From the NCBI GenBank assembly GCA_964016885.1, contig OZ024740.1:321842001-321906000 (forward strand): a stretch of 64,000 bases of DNA, given 5' to 3'. The notes under the pieces were generated by a model, which saw nothing but the letters and a program-made list of their open reading frames with translations, was not told where the DNA came from and did no database searches. Position numbers and translations under genes: made by a program. Shown one piece after another: positions 1-12,644 of the stretch (position 1 is its first letter; each line of letters starts with the position of its first letter). Source of the stretch: Eledone cirrhosa (lineage: Eukaryota).

Positions 1-272
1 TTGCTGATCAGGGATTTTATGGTGGTTCCTGGCTTTTCTACCACCTTTATTTTTAAGTGGGTCTTTCTCAGGGCCTTTCTACACTGGTTAGCTAATTTCC
101 CTCCAGGGGTGGCGTCCACAAACATGACACTCTGATATCTCTGGTTGTCGTACCATGATGTGGCCTTCCCTATCTTATGTCTAGCCCTATCTAAGCTATT
201 CCATGATTTGCTCCTGTATAGTGGGCAAATTCCTTTCATGTCCAGTTCTATGAGGGTCTTATACTTTTCCAT
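1..272 (-). mobile_element. Penelope-like element ORF fragment (RT thumb/linker region), runs off window start
   Basis: Hand translation of the minus strand is open: MEKYKTLIELDMKGICPLYRSKSWNSLDRARHKIGKATSWYDNQRYQSVMFVDATPGGKLANQCRKALRKTHLKIKVVEKPGTTIKSLIS. The PLYR..W, WY, FVxxTPGGxL and IKVVE motifs match the linker of invertebrate PLEs as recalled. Truncated by the satellite at 273. Confidence 0.65.
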
Positions 273-3200
273 GTATCGAGCGTTGCCTTTCCTTTGGACA
301 ACATCTTATACAGTGTATATATAAGTTGTGGTAACACTGGTGTCAAGCTGTATCGAGCGTTGCCTTTCCCTTGGACAACATCTTATACAGTGTATATATA
401 AGTTGTGGTAACACTGGTGTCAAGCTGTATCGAGCGTTGCCTTTCCCTTGGACAACATCTTATACAGTGTATATATAAGTTGTGGTAACACTGGTGTCAA
501 GCTGTATCGAGCGTTGCCTTTCCCTTGGACAACATCTTATACAGTGTATATATAAGTTGTGGTAACACTGGTGTCAAGCTGTATCGAGCGTTGCCTTTCC
601 TTGGACAACATCTTATACAGTGTATATATAAGTTGTGGTAACACTGGTGTCAAGCTGTATCGAGCGTTGCCTTTCCTTTGGACAACATCTTATACAGTGT
701 ATATATAAGTTGTGGTAACACTGGTGTCAAGCTGTATCGAGCGTTGCCTTTCCCTTGGACAACATCTTATACAGTGTATATATAAGTTGTGGTAACACTG
801 GTGTCAAGCTGTATCGAGCGTTGCCTTTCCTTTGGACAACACCTTATAAAGTGTATATATAAGTTGTGGTAACACCGGTGTCAAGCTGTATCGAGCGTTG
901 CCTTTCCTTTGGACAACATCTTATACAGTGTATATATAAGTTGTGGTAACACTGGTGTCAAGCTGTATCGAGCGTTGCCTTTCCCTTGGACAACATCTTA
1001 TACAGTGTATATATAAGTTGTGGTAACACTGGTGTCAAGCTGTATCGAGCGTTGCCTTTCCTTTGGACAACATCTTATACAGTGTATATATAAGTTGTGG
1101 TAACACTGGTGTCAAGCTGTATCAACCTTTGCCTTTCCTTTGGACAACATCTTATACAGTGTATATATAAGTTGTGGTAACACTGGTGTCAAGCTGTATC
1201 AACCTTTGCCTTTCCTTTGGACAACATCTTATACAGTGTATATATAAGTTGTGGTAACACTGGTGTCAAGCTGTATCAACCTTTGCCTTTCCTTTGGACA
1301 ACATCTTATACAGTGTATATATAAGTTGTGGTAACACTGGTGTCAAGCTGTATCAACCTTTACCTTTCCTTTGGACAACATCTTATACAGTGTATATATA
1401 AGTTGTGGTAACACTGGTGTCAAGCTGTATCAACCTTTGCCTTTCCTTTGGACAACATCTTATACAGTGTATATATAAGTTGTGGTAACACTGGTGTCAA
1501 GCTGTATCGAGTGTTGCCTTTCCCTTGGACAACATCTTATACAGTGTATATATAAGTTGTGGTAACACTGGTGTCAAGCTGTATCGAGCGTTGCCTTTCC
1601 CTTGGACAACATCTTATACAGTGTATATATAAGTTGTGGTAACACTGGTGTCAAGCTGTATCGAGCGTTGCCTTTCCCTTGGACAACATCTTATACAGTG
1701 TATATATAAGTTGTGGTAACACTGGTGTCAAGCTGTATCGAGCGTTGCCTTTCCCTTGGACAACATCTTATACAGTGTATATATAAGTTGTGGTAACACT
1801 GGTGTCAAGCTGTATCGAGCGTTGCCTTTCCCTTGGACAACACCTTATACAGTGTATATATAAGTTGTGGTAACACTGGTGTCAAGCTGTATCGAGCGTT
1901 GCCTTTCCTTTGGACAACATCTTATACAGTGTATATATAAGTTGTGGTAACACTGGTGTCAAGCTGTATCGAGCGTTGCCTTTCCCTTGGACAACATCTT
2001 ATACAGTGTATATATAAGTTGTGGTAACACTGGTGTCAAGCTGTATCGAGCGTTGCCTTTCCTTTGGACAACATCTTACACAGTGTATATATAAGTTGTG
2101 GTAACACTGGTGTCAAGCTGTATCAACCTTTGCCTTTCCCTTGGACAACATCTTATACAGTGTATATATAAGTTGTGGTAACACTGGTGTCAAGCTGTAT
2201 CGAGCGTTGCCTTTCCTTTGGACAACATCTTATACAGTGTATATATAAGTTGTGGTAACACTGGTGTCAAGCTGTATCGAGCGTTGCCTTTCCTTTGGAC
2301 AACATCTTATACAGTGTATATATAAGTTGTGGTAACACTGGTGTCAAGCTGTATCGAGCGTTGCCTTTCCTTTGGACAACATCTTATACAGTGTATATAT
2401 AAGTTGTGGTAACACTGGTGTCAAGCTGTATCGAGCGTTGCCTTTCCTTTGGACAACATCTTATACAGTGTATATATAAGTTGTGGTAACACTGGTGTCA
2501 AGCTGTATCGAGCGTTGCCTTTCCCTTGGACAACATCTTATACAGTGTATATATAAGTTGTGGTAACACTGGTGTCAAGCTGTATCGAGCGTTGCCTTTC
2601 CCTTGGACAACATCTTATACAGTGTATATATAAGTTGTGGTAACACTGGTGTCAAGCTGTATCGAGCGTTGCCTTTCCCTTGGACAACATCTTATACAGT
2701 GTATATATAAGTTGTGGTAACACTGGTGTCAAGCTGTATCGAGCGTTGCCTTTCCCTTGGACAACATCTTATACAGTGTATATATAAGTTGTGGTAACAC
2801 TGGTGTCAAGCTGTATCGAGCGTTGCCTTTCCTTTGGACAACACCTTATAAAGTGTATATATAAGTTGTGGTAACACTGGTGTCAAGCTGTATCGAGCGT
2901 TGCCTTTCCTTTGGACAACATCTTATACAGTGTATATATAAGTTGTGGTAACACTGGTGTCAAGCTGTATCGAGCGTTGCCTTTCCCTTGGACAACATCT
3001 TATACAGTGTATATATAAGTTGTGGTAACACTGGTGTCAAGCTGTATCGAGCGTTGCCTTTCCTTTGGACAACATCTTATACAGTGTATATATAAGTTGT
3101 GGTAACACTGGTGTCAAGCTGTATCGAGCGTTGCCTTTCCCTTGGACAACATCTTATACAGTGTATATATAAGTTGTGGTAACACTGGTGTCAAGCTGTA

Positions 3201-4778
3201 TCGAGCGTTGCCTTTCCTTTGGACAACATCTTATACAGTGTATATATAAGTTGTGGTAACACTGGTGTCAAGCTGTATCGAGCGTTGCCTTTCCCTTGGA
3301 CAACATCTTATACAGTGTATATATAAGTTGTGGTAACACTGGTGTCAAGCTGTATCGTGCGTTGCCTTTCCTTTGGACAACATCTTATACAGTGTATATA
3401 TAAGTTGTGGTAACACTGGTGTCAAGCTGTATCGAGCGTTGCCTTTCCTTTGGACAACATCTTATACAGTGTATATATAAGTTGTGGTAACACTGGTGTC
3501 AAGCTGTATCGAGCGTTGCCTTTCCCTTGGACAACATCTTATACAGTGTATATATAAGTTGTGGTAACACTGGTGTCAAGCTGTATCGAGCGTTGCCTTT
3601 CCTTTGGACAACATCTTATACAGTGTATATATAAGTTGTGGTAACACTGGTGTCAAGCTGTATCGAGCGTTGCCTTTCCTTTGGACAACATCTTATACAG
3701 TGTATATATAAGTTGTGGTAACACTGGTGTCAAGCTGTATCGAGCGTTGCCTTTCCCTTGGACAACATCTTATACAGTGTATATATAAGTTGTGGTAACA
3801 CTGGTGTCAAGCTGTATCGAGCGTTGCCTTTCGCTTGGACAACATCTTATACAGTGTATATATAAGTTGTGGTAACACTGGTGTCAAGCTGTATCGAGCG
3901 TTGCCTTTCCCTTGGACAACATCTTATACAGTGTATATATAAGTTGTGGTAACACTGGTGTCAAGCTGTATCGAGCGTTGCCTTTCCTTTGGACAACACC
4001 TTATAAAGTGTATATATAAGTTGTGGTAACACTGGTGTCAAGCTGTATCGAGCGTTGCCTTTCCTTTGGACAACATCTTATACAGTGTATATATAAGTTG
4101 TGGTAACACTGGTGTCAAGCTGTATCGAGCGTTGCCTTTCCCTTGGACAACATCTTATACAGTGTATATATAAGTTGTGGTAACACTGGTGTCAAGCTGT
4201 ATCAACCTTTGCCTTTCCTTTGGACAACATCTTATACAGTGTATATATAAGTTGTGGTAACACTGGTGTCAGGCTGTATCAACCTTTGCCTTTCCTTTGG
4301 ACAACATCTTATACAGTGTATATATAAGTTGTGGTAACACTGGTGTCAAGCTGTATCGAGCGTTGCCTTTCCTTTGGACAACATCTTATACAGTGTATAT
4401 ATAAGTTGTGGTAACACTGGTGTCAAGCTGTATCGAGCGTTGCCTTTCCTTTGGACAACATCCTATACAGTGTATATATAAGTTGTGGTAACACTGGTGT
4501 CAAGCTGTATCGAGCGTTGCCTTTCCCTTGGACAACATCTTATACAGTGTATATATAAGTTGTGGTAACACTGGTGTCAAGCTGTATCGAGCGTTGCCTT
4601 TCCTTTGGACAACATCTTATACAGTGTATATATAAGTTGTGGTAACACTGGTGTCAAGCTGTATCGAGCGTTGCCTTTCCTTTGGACAACATCTTATACA
4701 GTGTATATATAAGTTGTGGTAACACTGGTGTCAAGCTGTATCGAGCGTTGCCTTTCCTTTGGACAACATCCTATATAG
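273..4778. repeat. 77-bp tandem satellite, ~58 highly homogeneous copies
   Basis: Monomer GTATCGAGCGTTGCCTTTCCYTTGGACAACATCTTATACAGTGTATATATAAGTTGTGGTAACACTGGTGTCAAGCT recurs at 273, 350, etc., with no spacers. Confidence 0.98.
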
Positions 4779-4980
4779 CAGGCATGCCAAACATGCGGCC
4801 CTTTGCAATCACACCTGCGACCCGCACAAAGGATTTTACAGCGCGAACATGTTTTATCTTCGTAATATAAAATTAAAAAAAATTAGTTGTAATATGTGCA
4901 ATTAGTCGTCGTGTATGGTCCTCAGATAACCTATATATGACCCACGAGCCCCTCGGGGGACCCTCAGTTTGACATGCCTG
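4779..4980 (+). mobile_element. hAT MITE, internal-deletion derivative of the element at 5729-8077
   Basis: First ~100 bp align to 5729-5850 and last ~100 bp align to 7988-8077; both TIRs are present; followed by ATCTAGAC. Confidence 0.9.
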
Positions 4981-5178
4981 ATCTAGACTGTATTTTAACC
5001 TGTAATCCCATGTTTCATTTCTGTCGCACCTCATTTCTTCCCTCCCCATCTCTCTCTCTTTTTATCTGTGATATTTGAATCTACTATAATTTGAGCGCAC
5101 CTTATTCATATATATATATGTTTTTGCATGTCAGTTAGATTTAAACTTACAATGATTGGCATTATATATATATATATA

Positions 5179-5715
5179 GGAATAACAAGGTTGTTACGAA
5201 AGAGCCAGAAGATTGACAAGTCGACCCTCAATATGACTAACAACTTTAGGAAAGCCATGAACGACATCACATCTTTTTAACTTTGATTTTGAAAGTAGGT
5301 TTATAATTATTAATTTCCATTATACTTTTGTAGCTGTCTCGATAGCATAGTTGGAGGAATCATAGACGGTGGTGATCCCCGTCTGAAGTTCGATCCTGGT
5401 CGGTAGTATGGTTCCCGGTTAACCTTTTCAGTTTTTTTCTATGGGATGTAAAATAAAACTGAAAAAGATTAATTGTACCTCTTGACCAGGATTGAATCCA
5501 AGACCAGGATCTCCGTCGTCTCTAGTACCTACCGCTAGGCCACTGAGACAGTTCCGAAAATCTGCTGAAAATTCATACTTATAAACATACTTTCAAAATG
5601 TTCAATACAAAACGATGTGGTGTCGTTCATGTCTTTCTTAATGTTATTGTTCCTACTTAAGGTCGACTTCTAAATCATTTGGGCGTTTCATAAACTACAT
5701 CCTCGTTTTGTTTCT
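5179..5715. mobile_element. Degenerate foldback (palindromic) element with two convergent tRNA-like heads
   Basis: Arms pair, e.g. CATGAACGACATCACATC / GATGTGGTGTCGTTCATG and TTTTGAAAGTAGGTTTATAA / TTATAAACATACTTTCAAAA; centre ~5445. A/B-box-like motifs at 5343-5354 and 5388-5396 (+), and at 5531-5542 and 5489-5499 (-). Confidence 0.7.
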
Positions 5716-5728
5716 CATCTATCTAGAC

Positions 5729-8077
5729 CAGGCATATCAAACATGCGGCCCGCGGGCTGCATGCGGCTCTTTGCAAGCACACCTGCGGCCTGCACAAAGG
5801 TATTTACAGCGCGAGCATGTTTTATCTTCGTAATATAACATTTAAAAAAAATTTCGATACGATTGTTTTGATTTTTTGTGCGATTTTTGTCAACTACTTT
5901 TAACTTTCGACGAATCACACACAACTCATTAACAGTTGTAAACAGAAAACTTTCTTTCAAAATTCCGAAAGTTTTTCTTTTAAAATGGCTAGTGCTCCTC
6001 CTCCAGCTAAGAAATAAAAAGGAAATTGAACGAAGGGCGAGTGTTTCATGAAAAGTTGGAATTACAGTATTTTTGCACAACGGTGAACGGAAAGATACAC
6101 TGTTTAATTTGCAACAACTGCATCGCCACGACAAAAGAGTACAATTTGAAAAGGCATTAGGAAACGAACCATCGATCTTACGATAAATATGAAGGCCAAA
6201 TGCGTGTTTCAAGACACAGCAACAGACCTGTTTTATGTAAATCTAGGAAGAGAATGTCTTTCCGTTACTGCAAGCTATGAACTAAGCGAATGTTCGCCAT
6301 GAGTGGGAAATCTTACGGTGAAGGAGATTTTGTAAAACAATGCCTTGTAAAAACAGCTGAAATTGTATGTCCAGAGAAAGCCCAGTTATTCAAAGACATT
6401 TGATTAACCAGGAACACTGTTGCTGAACGGATTGATGAAATGTCAGGTGATCTGAAACAACAGTTGAAGGCTGTATCATCAAGGTTTGAACATTTTTCTA
6501 TTGCTATTGATGAGACCACTGGAATAGCACAGCTTGCATTCTTCATTAGGGCCTGTGACAGTGAATTTAATATTTATGAAAAAATGATTGAACTGGTCCC
6601 CATGCATGACACTATAACAAACCAGGACATCTTTGAGAAGGTCGAGCAGGTTCTGCATGAATATGGTTTTGATTTGAGTAAATTTGCATGCTTATCTACT
6701 GACGGTGCTGCGAATATGGTTGGCAGACATAATGGTGTTACTGCCAAGTTACGAACAAAAATAAAAAAACTCGCATCCGGATTCATCCTTTGCACATTTT
6801 CACTGTATTATTCAGCAGCAAAATTTGTGTTCAAAGATTTTAAAATTGCATCATGTGCTTAGCTTGGTCACAAAGACTGAACTATAGCAGAGGCCGTGCT
6901 CTCAACCACCGTCAGTTCAATCAGTTGTTGGAAGATATGGATAATAAGTTCACCGATGTTCCATTCTACACAGAAGTCTGCTGGTTGTCATGTCACAAAG
7001 TGCTGAAAAGATTCTATTTGTTGAGACAAGAAATAATTATGTTTTTGGAGATGAAAGGTCAAAACAAAGATGAAATAAAAGATGAAAGTTGGCTCCAAGA
7101 TCTGGCTTTTGCTGTGGATATTACTGCACAATTAACTGATCCCAATTTGAAATGACAAGGTAAAAACAAACTCATCACTCAGTTGTATGATGACATCAAG
7201 TGTTTCATTAGAAAACTAAGCTTATGGAAGTCACAGTTGTCAAATGAAAATTTAGTTCATTCTCCTACGCGCAAAGAGCTGAAAAACACTGCCAATACTG
7301 ATTCTGTACTTAGCTTTGCTAAGTATGACAATCACCTGAAATTGTTGTCAAAGGAATTTCAGGAAAGATTTTGTGCATTATTCTCAGTACTATTCACCTT
7401 TGATGTTGCCAAGGCAGAAGAAAGCCTGCAGATGGAGCTATTGGAAATGCAGTCAGATTCTACACTCAGAGCAAAGTATCTTGAAGTGGGGATACCTGGT
7501 TTCTTTTCATACCTTCCTGAAAAGTTAAAAATCTTCAGAAAGTTTGCCACAAAAATGATGGCAATGTTTGGTTCTACCTATGTGTGTGAACAGTTATTTC
7601 CTTCATGAAATTAACAAAAAAACTTCTTAGAGAACAAAGGTGACTGATCAACACTTGTCATCTCTGATCAAAGTCGGAACTGTACAGACATTTCAGCCAG
7701 ACATACCAAAAATTGTCAACAAAAAGAGGTGTCAAGCCTCAGGACAAAACACTAAAAATGGTTGAATAGTAGCAAATAAATGTTCAGTTTTGAACAATGT
7801 ATTTGTACAATGTATTTGTTTCTGTTGCAAGCTGTAAGTATATGTTACCATTTAAAATGTTAGTTCTTTGCTAAATCACTTCATTACTTTGTATTCATGA
7901 ATGCTGCTAAAACATTTGTATGTACATTGTATGTTTCTAAATTTAAGTAACACATTTTTCTGCAATAAATTTTATTAAATGACTTTAATTAGTTGTAATG
8001 TACACAATATAGTTGTCGTGTGCGGCCCTCAGACAACACATATGTGACCCTTGGGGATCCTTAGTTTGACATGCCTG
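5729..8077 (+). mobile_element. hAT (Charlie/SPIN-Buster type) DNA transposon, full-length but decayed
   Basis: TIR CAGGCATATCAAAC...GTTTGACATGCCTG enclosing a transposase pseudogene; preceded by ATCTAGAC, matching the NTCTAGAN Charlie target preference. Confidence 0.92.
5985..7770 (+). pseudogene. hAT transposase (GTF2IRD2/EPM2AIP1-like family), multiple stops and frameshifts
   Basis: N-terminal CLIC...NLKRH zinc finger; FSIAIDETT..AQLAFFIR; STDGAANMVG; LNHRQF; TEVCWLS; WLQDLAFAVDIT; MFGSTYVCEQLF, spread across ORFs 6440-6862, 6853-7155 and 7183-7608. Confidence 0.92.
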
Positions 8078-8380
8078 CTATATAGTGTATATATAAGTTG
8101 TGATAACACTGGTGTCAAGCTGTATCGACCGTAGCCTCCCCCTTCGACAACATCCTATATAGTGTATATATAAGTTGTGATAACACTGGTGTCAAGCTGT
8201 ATCGACCGTAGCCTCCCCCTTCGACAACATCCTATATAGTGTATATAAATATGAATTGTGATAACACTGGTGTCAAGCTGTATCGACCTTTGCCTTTCCT
8301 TTGAACAACATCGTATATAGTGTATATATTATAAGTTGTGATAACACGGTTGTTAAGTCCTATCAACATTTCCCTTGGAT
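8078..8380. repeat. Continuation of the 77-bp satellite, ~4 diverged copies
   Basis: Same monomer with variants (GATAACAC, GACCGTAGCCTCCCCCTTCG, CATCCTATATAG), decaying by ~8380. Confidence 0.9.
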
Positions 8381-8686
8381 AATCTTCCGTTAGAGGTCCT
8401 GGCTATTTCATATTTTATTTTAACGACATAGCTGAAAACAGACAGTAGATGTTCTAGCCATTTTTATTTATTTATAAAACTTAGCAAATAAGAATTAATT
8501 TACTTTTCTCTGAAACATTTTGGAATTGATCTATATTAAAGACTTGTTCTGGCTATAATCTAAATATTTTTTTTCGTTTAGTCAGAGAGTGAAAAGCAGA
8601 TCCTCCAAGACTATAGAGATGGAGGTTTAGCGGGGTTATTGAAACATATTGTTTTGGCAACGGTGTGGTTGCCAGATGGATTTGAT

Positions 8687-8949
<263 letters not shown>

Positions 8950-8974
8950 ATGGCAAAACTGACATTTCTGCAAT

Positions 8975-9131
8975 AATAGTGTTTTCTAATTTAGGCACAA
9001 GGCCAGCAATTTGGGTGTGGGATGTGGGGTGTGTGGAAAGTCGATTAAATCAACCCACTACTTGATAAGTGCTTTATTTTATAGACCTCGGAAGGATGAA
9101 AGAACAAAGTCAACATCGGAGGGATTTCAAC
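8975..9131 (-). mobile_element. tRNA-derived SINE family 1, diverged copy
   Basis: GGCACAAGGCCAGCAAT...GGAAGGATGAAAG...GGGATTTCAAC matches the family seen at 28410. Confidence 0.7.
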
Positions 9132-9287
9132 GAAGTACTTGAAAGTAATTCATCCGTTACACCATCAATTGATAATAATGGCGGATGTTACAACCGGATT
9201 TCATCTGTGGGATGTCTCACTTCCGCAATTTCGGAGATTTCATTGTCATCGGGTGTTTTTCAACAGTGAACCTTATCAAAAATATTC

Positions 9288-9479
9288 TGTATGTATGTGT
9301 ATATATATGTGTGTGTGTGCGCGTGTGTGCGCGTGTATGTGTATGTTTGTGTCTGTATATGTGAGTGTACGTGTGTGTGTATGTGTGTATGTATGTGTAT
9401 GTCTGTGTGTGTGTACATGTGAGTCTATGTGTGTGAGTTTATGTGTGTGTGTGTGTGTGTGTGTATATGTACGTGTATG

Positions 9480-9538
<59 letters not shown>

Positions 9539-9657
9539 CTGTGTGCGTACATGTGAGTTTATGTGTGTATGTCTGTGTGTGTGTACATGTGAGTCTATGT
9601 GTGTGTGTGTGTGTGTATGTCTGTGTGTGTGTATGTCTGTGTGCGTACATGTGAGTT

Positions 9658-9694
<37 letters not shown>

Positions 9695-10155
9695 ACGTGT
9701 ATGTATATATGTGTGTGTGTGTGTGTGAGTGTGTGTGTATCAGTGAACCTTATTGAATTTGTATATAAACGTGTGTATTTTTGAGTGTGTATGTGTGCGT
9801 GCGTCTGTTTGTATGTATGTGTGAGTGTGAGTGTGTTGGAGCGTGTGGTTGTGTGTGTATGTGTGTATGTGTATGTATGTGTGTGTATGTATGTGTGTAT
9901 GTGTATGTATGTGTGTATGCATGTATGTGTATGTATGTATTATGTATGTATGTATGTGTATGTATGTGTATGTATGTGTGTATGTATATGTGTATGTATG
10001 TATGTATGCATGCATGTGTGTCTGTGTATGTATGTGTGTCTGTGTATGTATGTGTGTATGTATCTGTGTATGTATGTATGTATGTATGTGTGGCTGTGTA
10101 TGTATGTGTGTATGTGTATGTATGTGTATGTATGTATGTATGTAAGTATGTGTGT
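9288..10155. repeat. Compound (TG)n/(TATG)n microsatellite tract
   Basis: Direct inspection; source of many spurious VC/HT ORFs. Confidence 0.95.
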
Positions 10156-10478
10156 CTGGGAGCCTTATTGAAAAGATTCTGATTGAAACAATTACGTTTG
10201 CATTACAATCTCCAGAACTGAGCTCTGACCACACATATTTCACAGTTGACGTCATCGACATATGTGTGTATGTCTGTGTCTATCCATCTGTATGTGTATA
10301 TTTGTGTCTCAATGTCTTTATCTATCTGTATGAGTATGTCTGCGTGTGTCTATGTAAGTATGAGTTCCCACCACAGTCTACTTTCAACACAATTGCAATT
10401 GTTCCTCTCTATAATGAATTATATATTTCAACAACACAAACGTTTCATCGACAGCGAATTAAGGACTTCTCTCTGTTC

Positions 10479-10605
<127 letters not shown>

Positions 10606-12644
10606 ATATATATAATATATTGAGTATCTTATATATATATATTAAGGATTGTTTTGTTATAAAAATGATTCGATAATTTAGCGAACTGCATATCGATTTG
10701 ATTGCTAGATTTACATTGGAACAAGAAACAAGGTAAACAAAACATTAAAAAAATATATACAAAAATATACACAAAATATACAAAAAATAAACTGTAATTA
10801 TTAGTCAGATATCAGACTAGCTTGTAATAATTTATCTGATCCCGAAACATAAGCATACAACAACCCCTTAAAACAACTTTGAGTCATTTAAAAAATGTTG
10901 GGGAGTAGAGATGATGGTGGAGATGGCAATGGCTGTGGTGGTAGTGGAGAGGGGAAGCAGGCTGCACGATGTTTAGAAGCAGCCAAATATAATAACAAGA
11001 TTATTCTTTTTGCTGATTGTTCCATTATCGTCTGCTTCATTTATTGAATTGTCTCCATTTTGAAAGCTCGTAGAAGCAGTACTGGGTTTACATATGGGCT
11101 AAGTGGGTTGCAGTCCAGGACATCATAGTCCAGGAGCTCCTGTTCCGTTTGAAATATATATTAAAATATGTATCAAAATATAACTATGAAGCATGACATT
11201 TTTGTTAAACTTTGTTAAACACATTTCCTTTTCTTTGGGTGTCACCTTTGTTTTTGAGGTCAGCATGGATAAATGCTGGAATCTCAGTATCATTCCATAT
11301 GTAGGTCTATATCTATGTACTCATTTTTATCAAGTTTCTTACAAGCCGGTGTTGGAAGGCTCAAATCCTCTCTAGCCGAGAGCCTCTAGTTTCTTTAATC
11401 TGACCCCGTCTTTGGGTGTTACTTCTATTCTAGTGGTCAGCATGGATAGATGCTGGAATCTCAGCATTGTTCTACGTGTAGGTCTACATTCATGAACTCT
11501 TAATTTTCATGGTGATTCCTGTGAGCATTTGCTTGGGCCCCCAAATGTTCTATATTCCAGGACTCTTTGTTGCTTTAACCCGACTTTGCTGGTACTATAT
11601 TACAATAAAAGTGTCACTAAAGCTACAACCATACTGTTAAAGATGGAACATGCCCTAGATAGACACCGGGATCACCTACATTAAGGCAGTATCACACTAC
11701 TTAACAAGACCAAGTGCCAACAACTTTTGCTACTACTGTAAAGAATTTCAAGTGTTTTTGGCTGGGTTAACAATGGAAGGTCAACAACTAGAAGCTTTCT
11801 GGGTCAAGATTACATGAGCTAAGAACGAATTTGGGCCTTTAACTCCTCACCGAGAGTAGCTTAACACAAATATTCCTTCACACATACATATACATATTAC
11901 ACACATGCACAAACATACGTACATACATACGAACCACACACATACATACATATGCATATCACACACACATGCCCAGTCACTACACACAACCATACATACA
12001 TATACACACGCATACACTACACACATATACAAACAGTCACACCCCCATACATATATTCCCTCACACATACACACTGCATACATGTACAAATACCACACAC
12101 ACATACACAATTACTCGTACAAATACTCCCTCATACATACATGCATACACACATGACACATATACACAAACTCTACACACATACAGTCATCCTTACAGAT
12201 ATTCCTTCACACTTACATATTCACCACACACACACATACACATACAATCACTCTCACAAATATTCCTTCACACATAATACACACCATACACACACATACA
12301 ATACAACTAAACTCCACAAATATCCCCACACATTCGTACACACACCACACACATACATACACAATCACCCATAGAAATATTCCCTCACACATACATACAC
12401 ACACTACACGCATACCAAACTACACACACACATAAATACAAAAGCAATGCATACACTCACTCATTCACACATACACATCCAGTGTACATATCTAACTATG
12501 TATTTTAAAGGGTCCCTTATGTCATGGCTGACTGACTATGGGTTTGAATCTGGAAAGTTCTTCCCCAAGATACAAACCTAGTCAAGGTGTTTGTGGAAGA
12601 CCTGCAACCACCCATACCAAATTCTTTTCTGTGTACCATCGGTA

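Larger units (their letters stand above)
4779..8077 (+). mobile_element. Composite hAT insertion (MITE + cargo + transposase-bearing copy) with 8-bp TSD CTATATAG
   Basis: CTATATAG at 4771-4778 and 8078-8085; outer TIRs CAGGCATGCCAAAC (4779) and GTTTGACATGCCTG (ending 8077); the satellite resumes in register after 8085. Confidence 0.9.

Noticed and set aside
273-4778. CRISPR array
   Set aside because: Monomers are contiguous with no unique spacers, there are no cas genes, and the context is eukaryotic.
5333-5552. tRNA genes
   Set aside because: A/B boxes are present but there is no convincing cloverleaf; they lie in a repeat. The same applies to the SINE heads.
5715-6212. 165-aa minus-strand ORF
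   Set aside because: Antisense to the hAT left end and transposase start; no recognisable motifs.
11075-11590. hAT-like MITE with internal direct duplication
   Set aside because: Ends too degenerate and no TSD found; the duplication (11235-11340 vs 11411-11520) is real but cannot be assigned.
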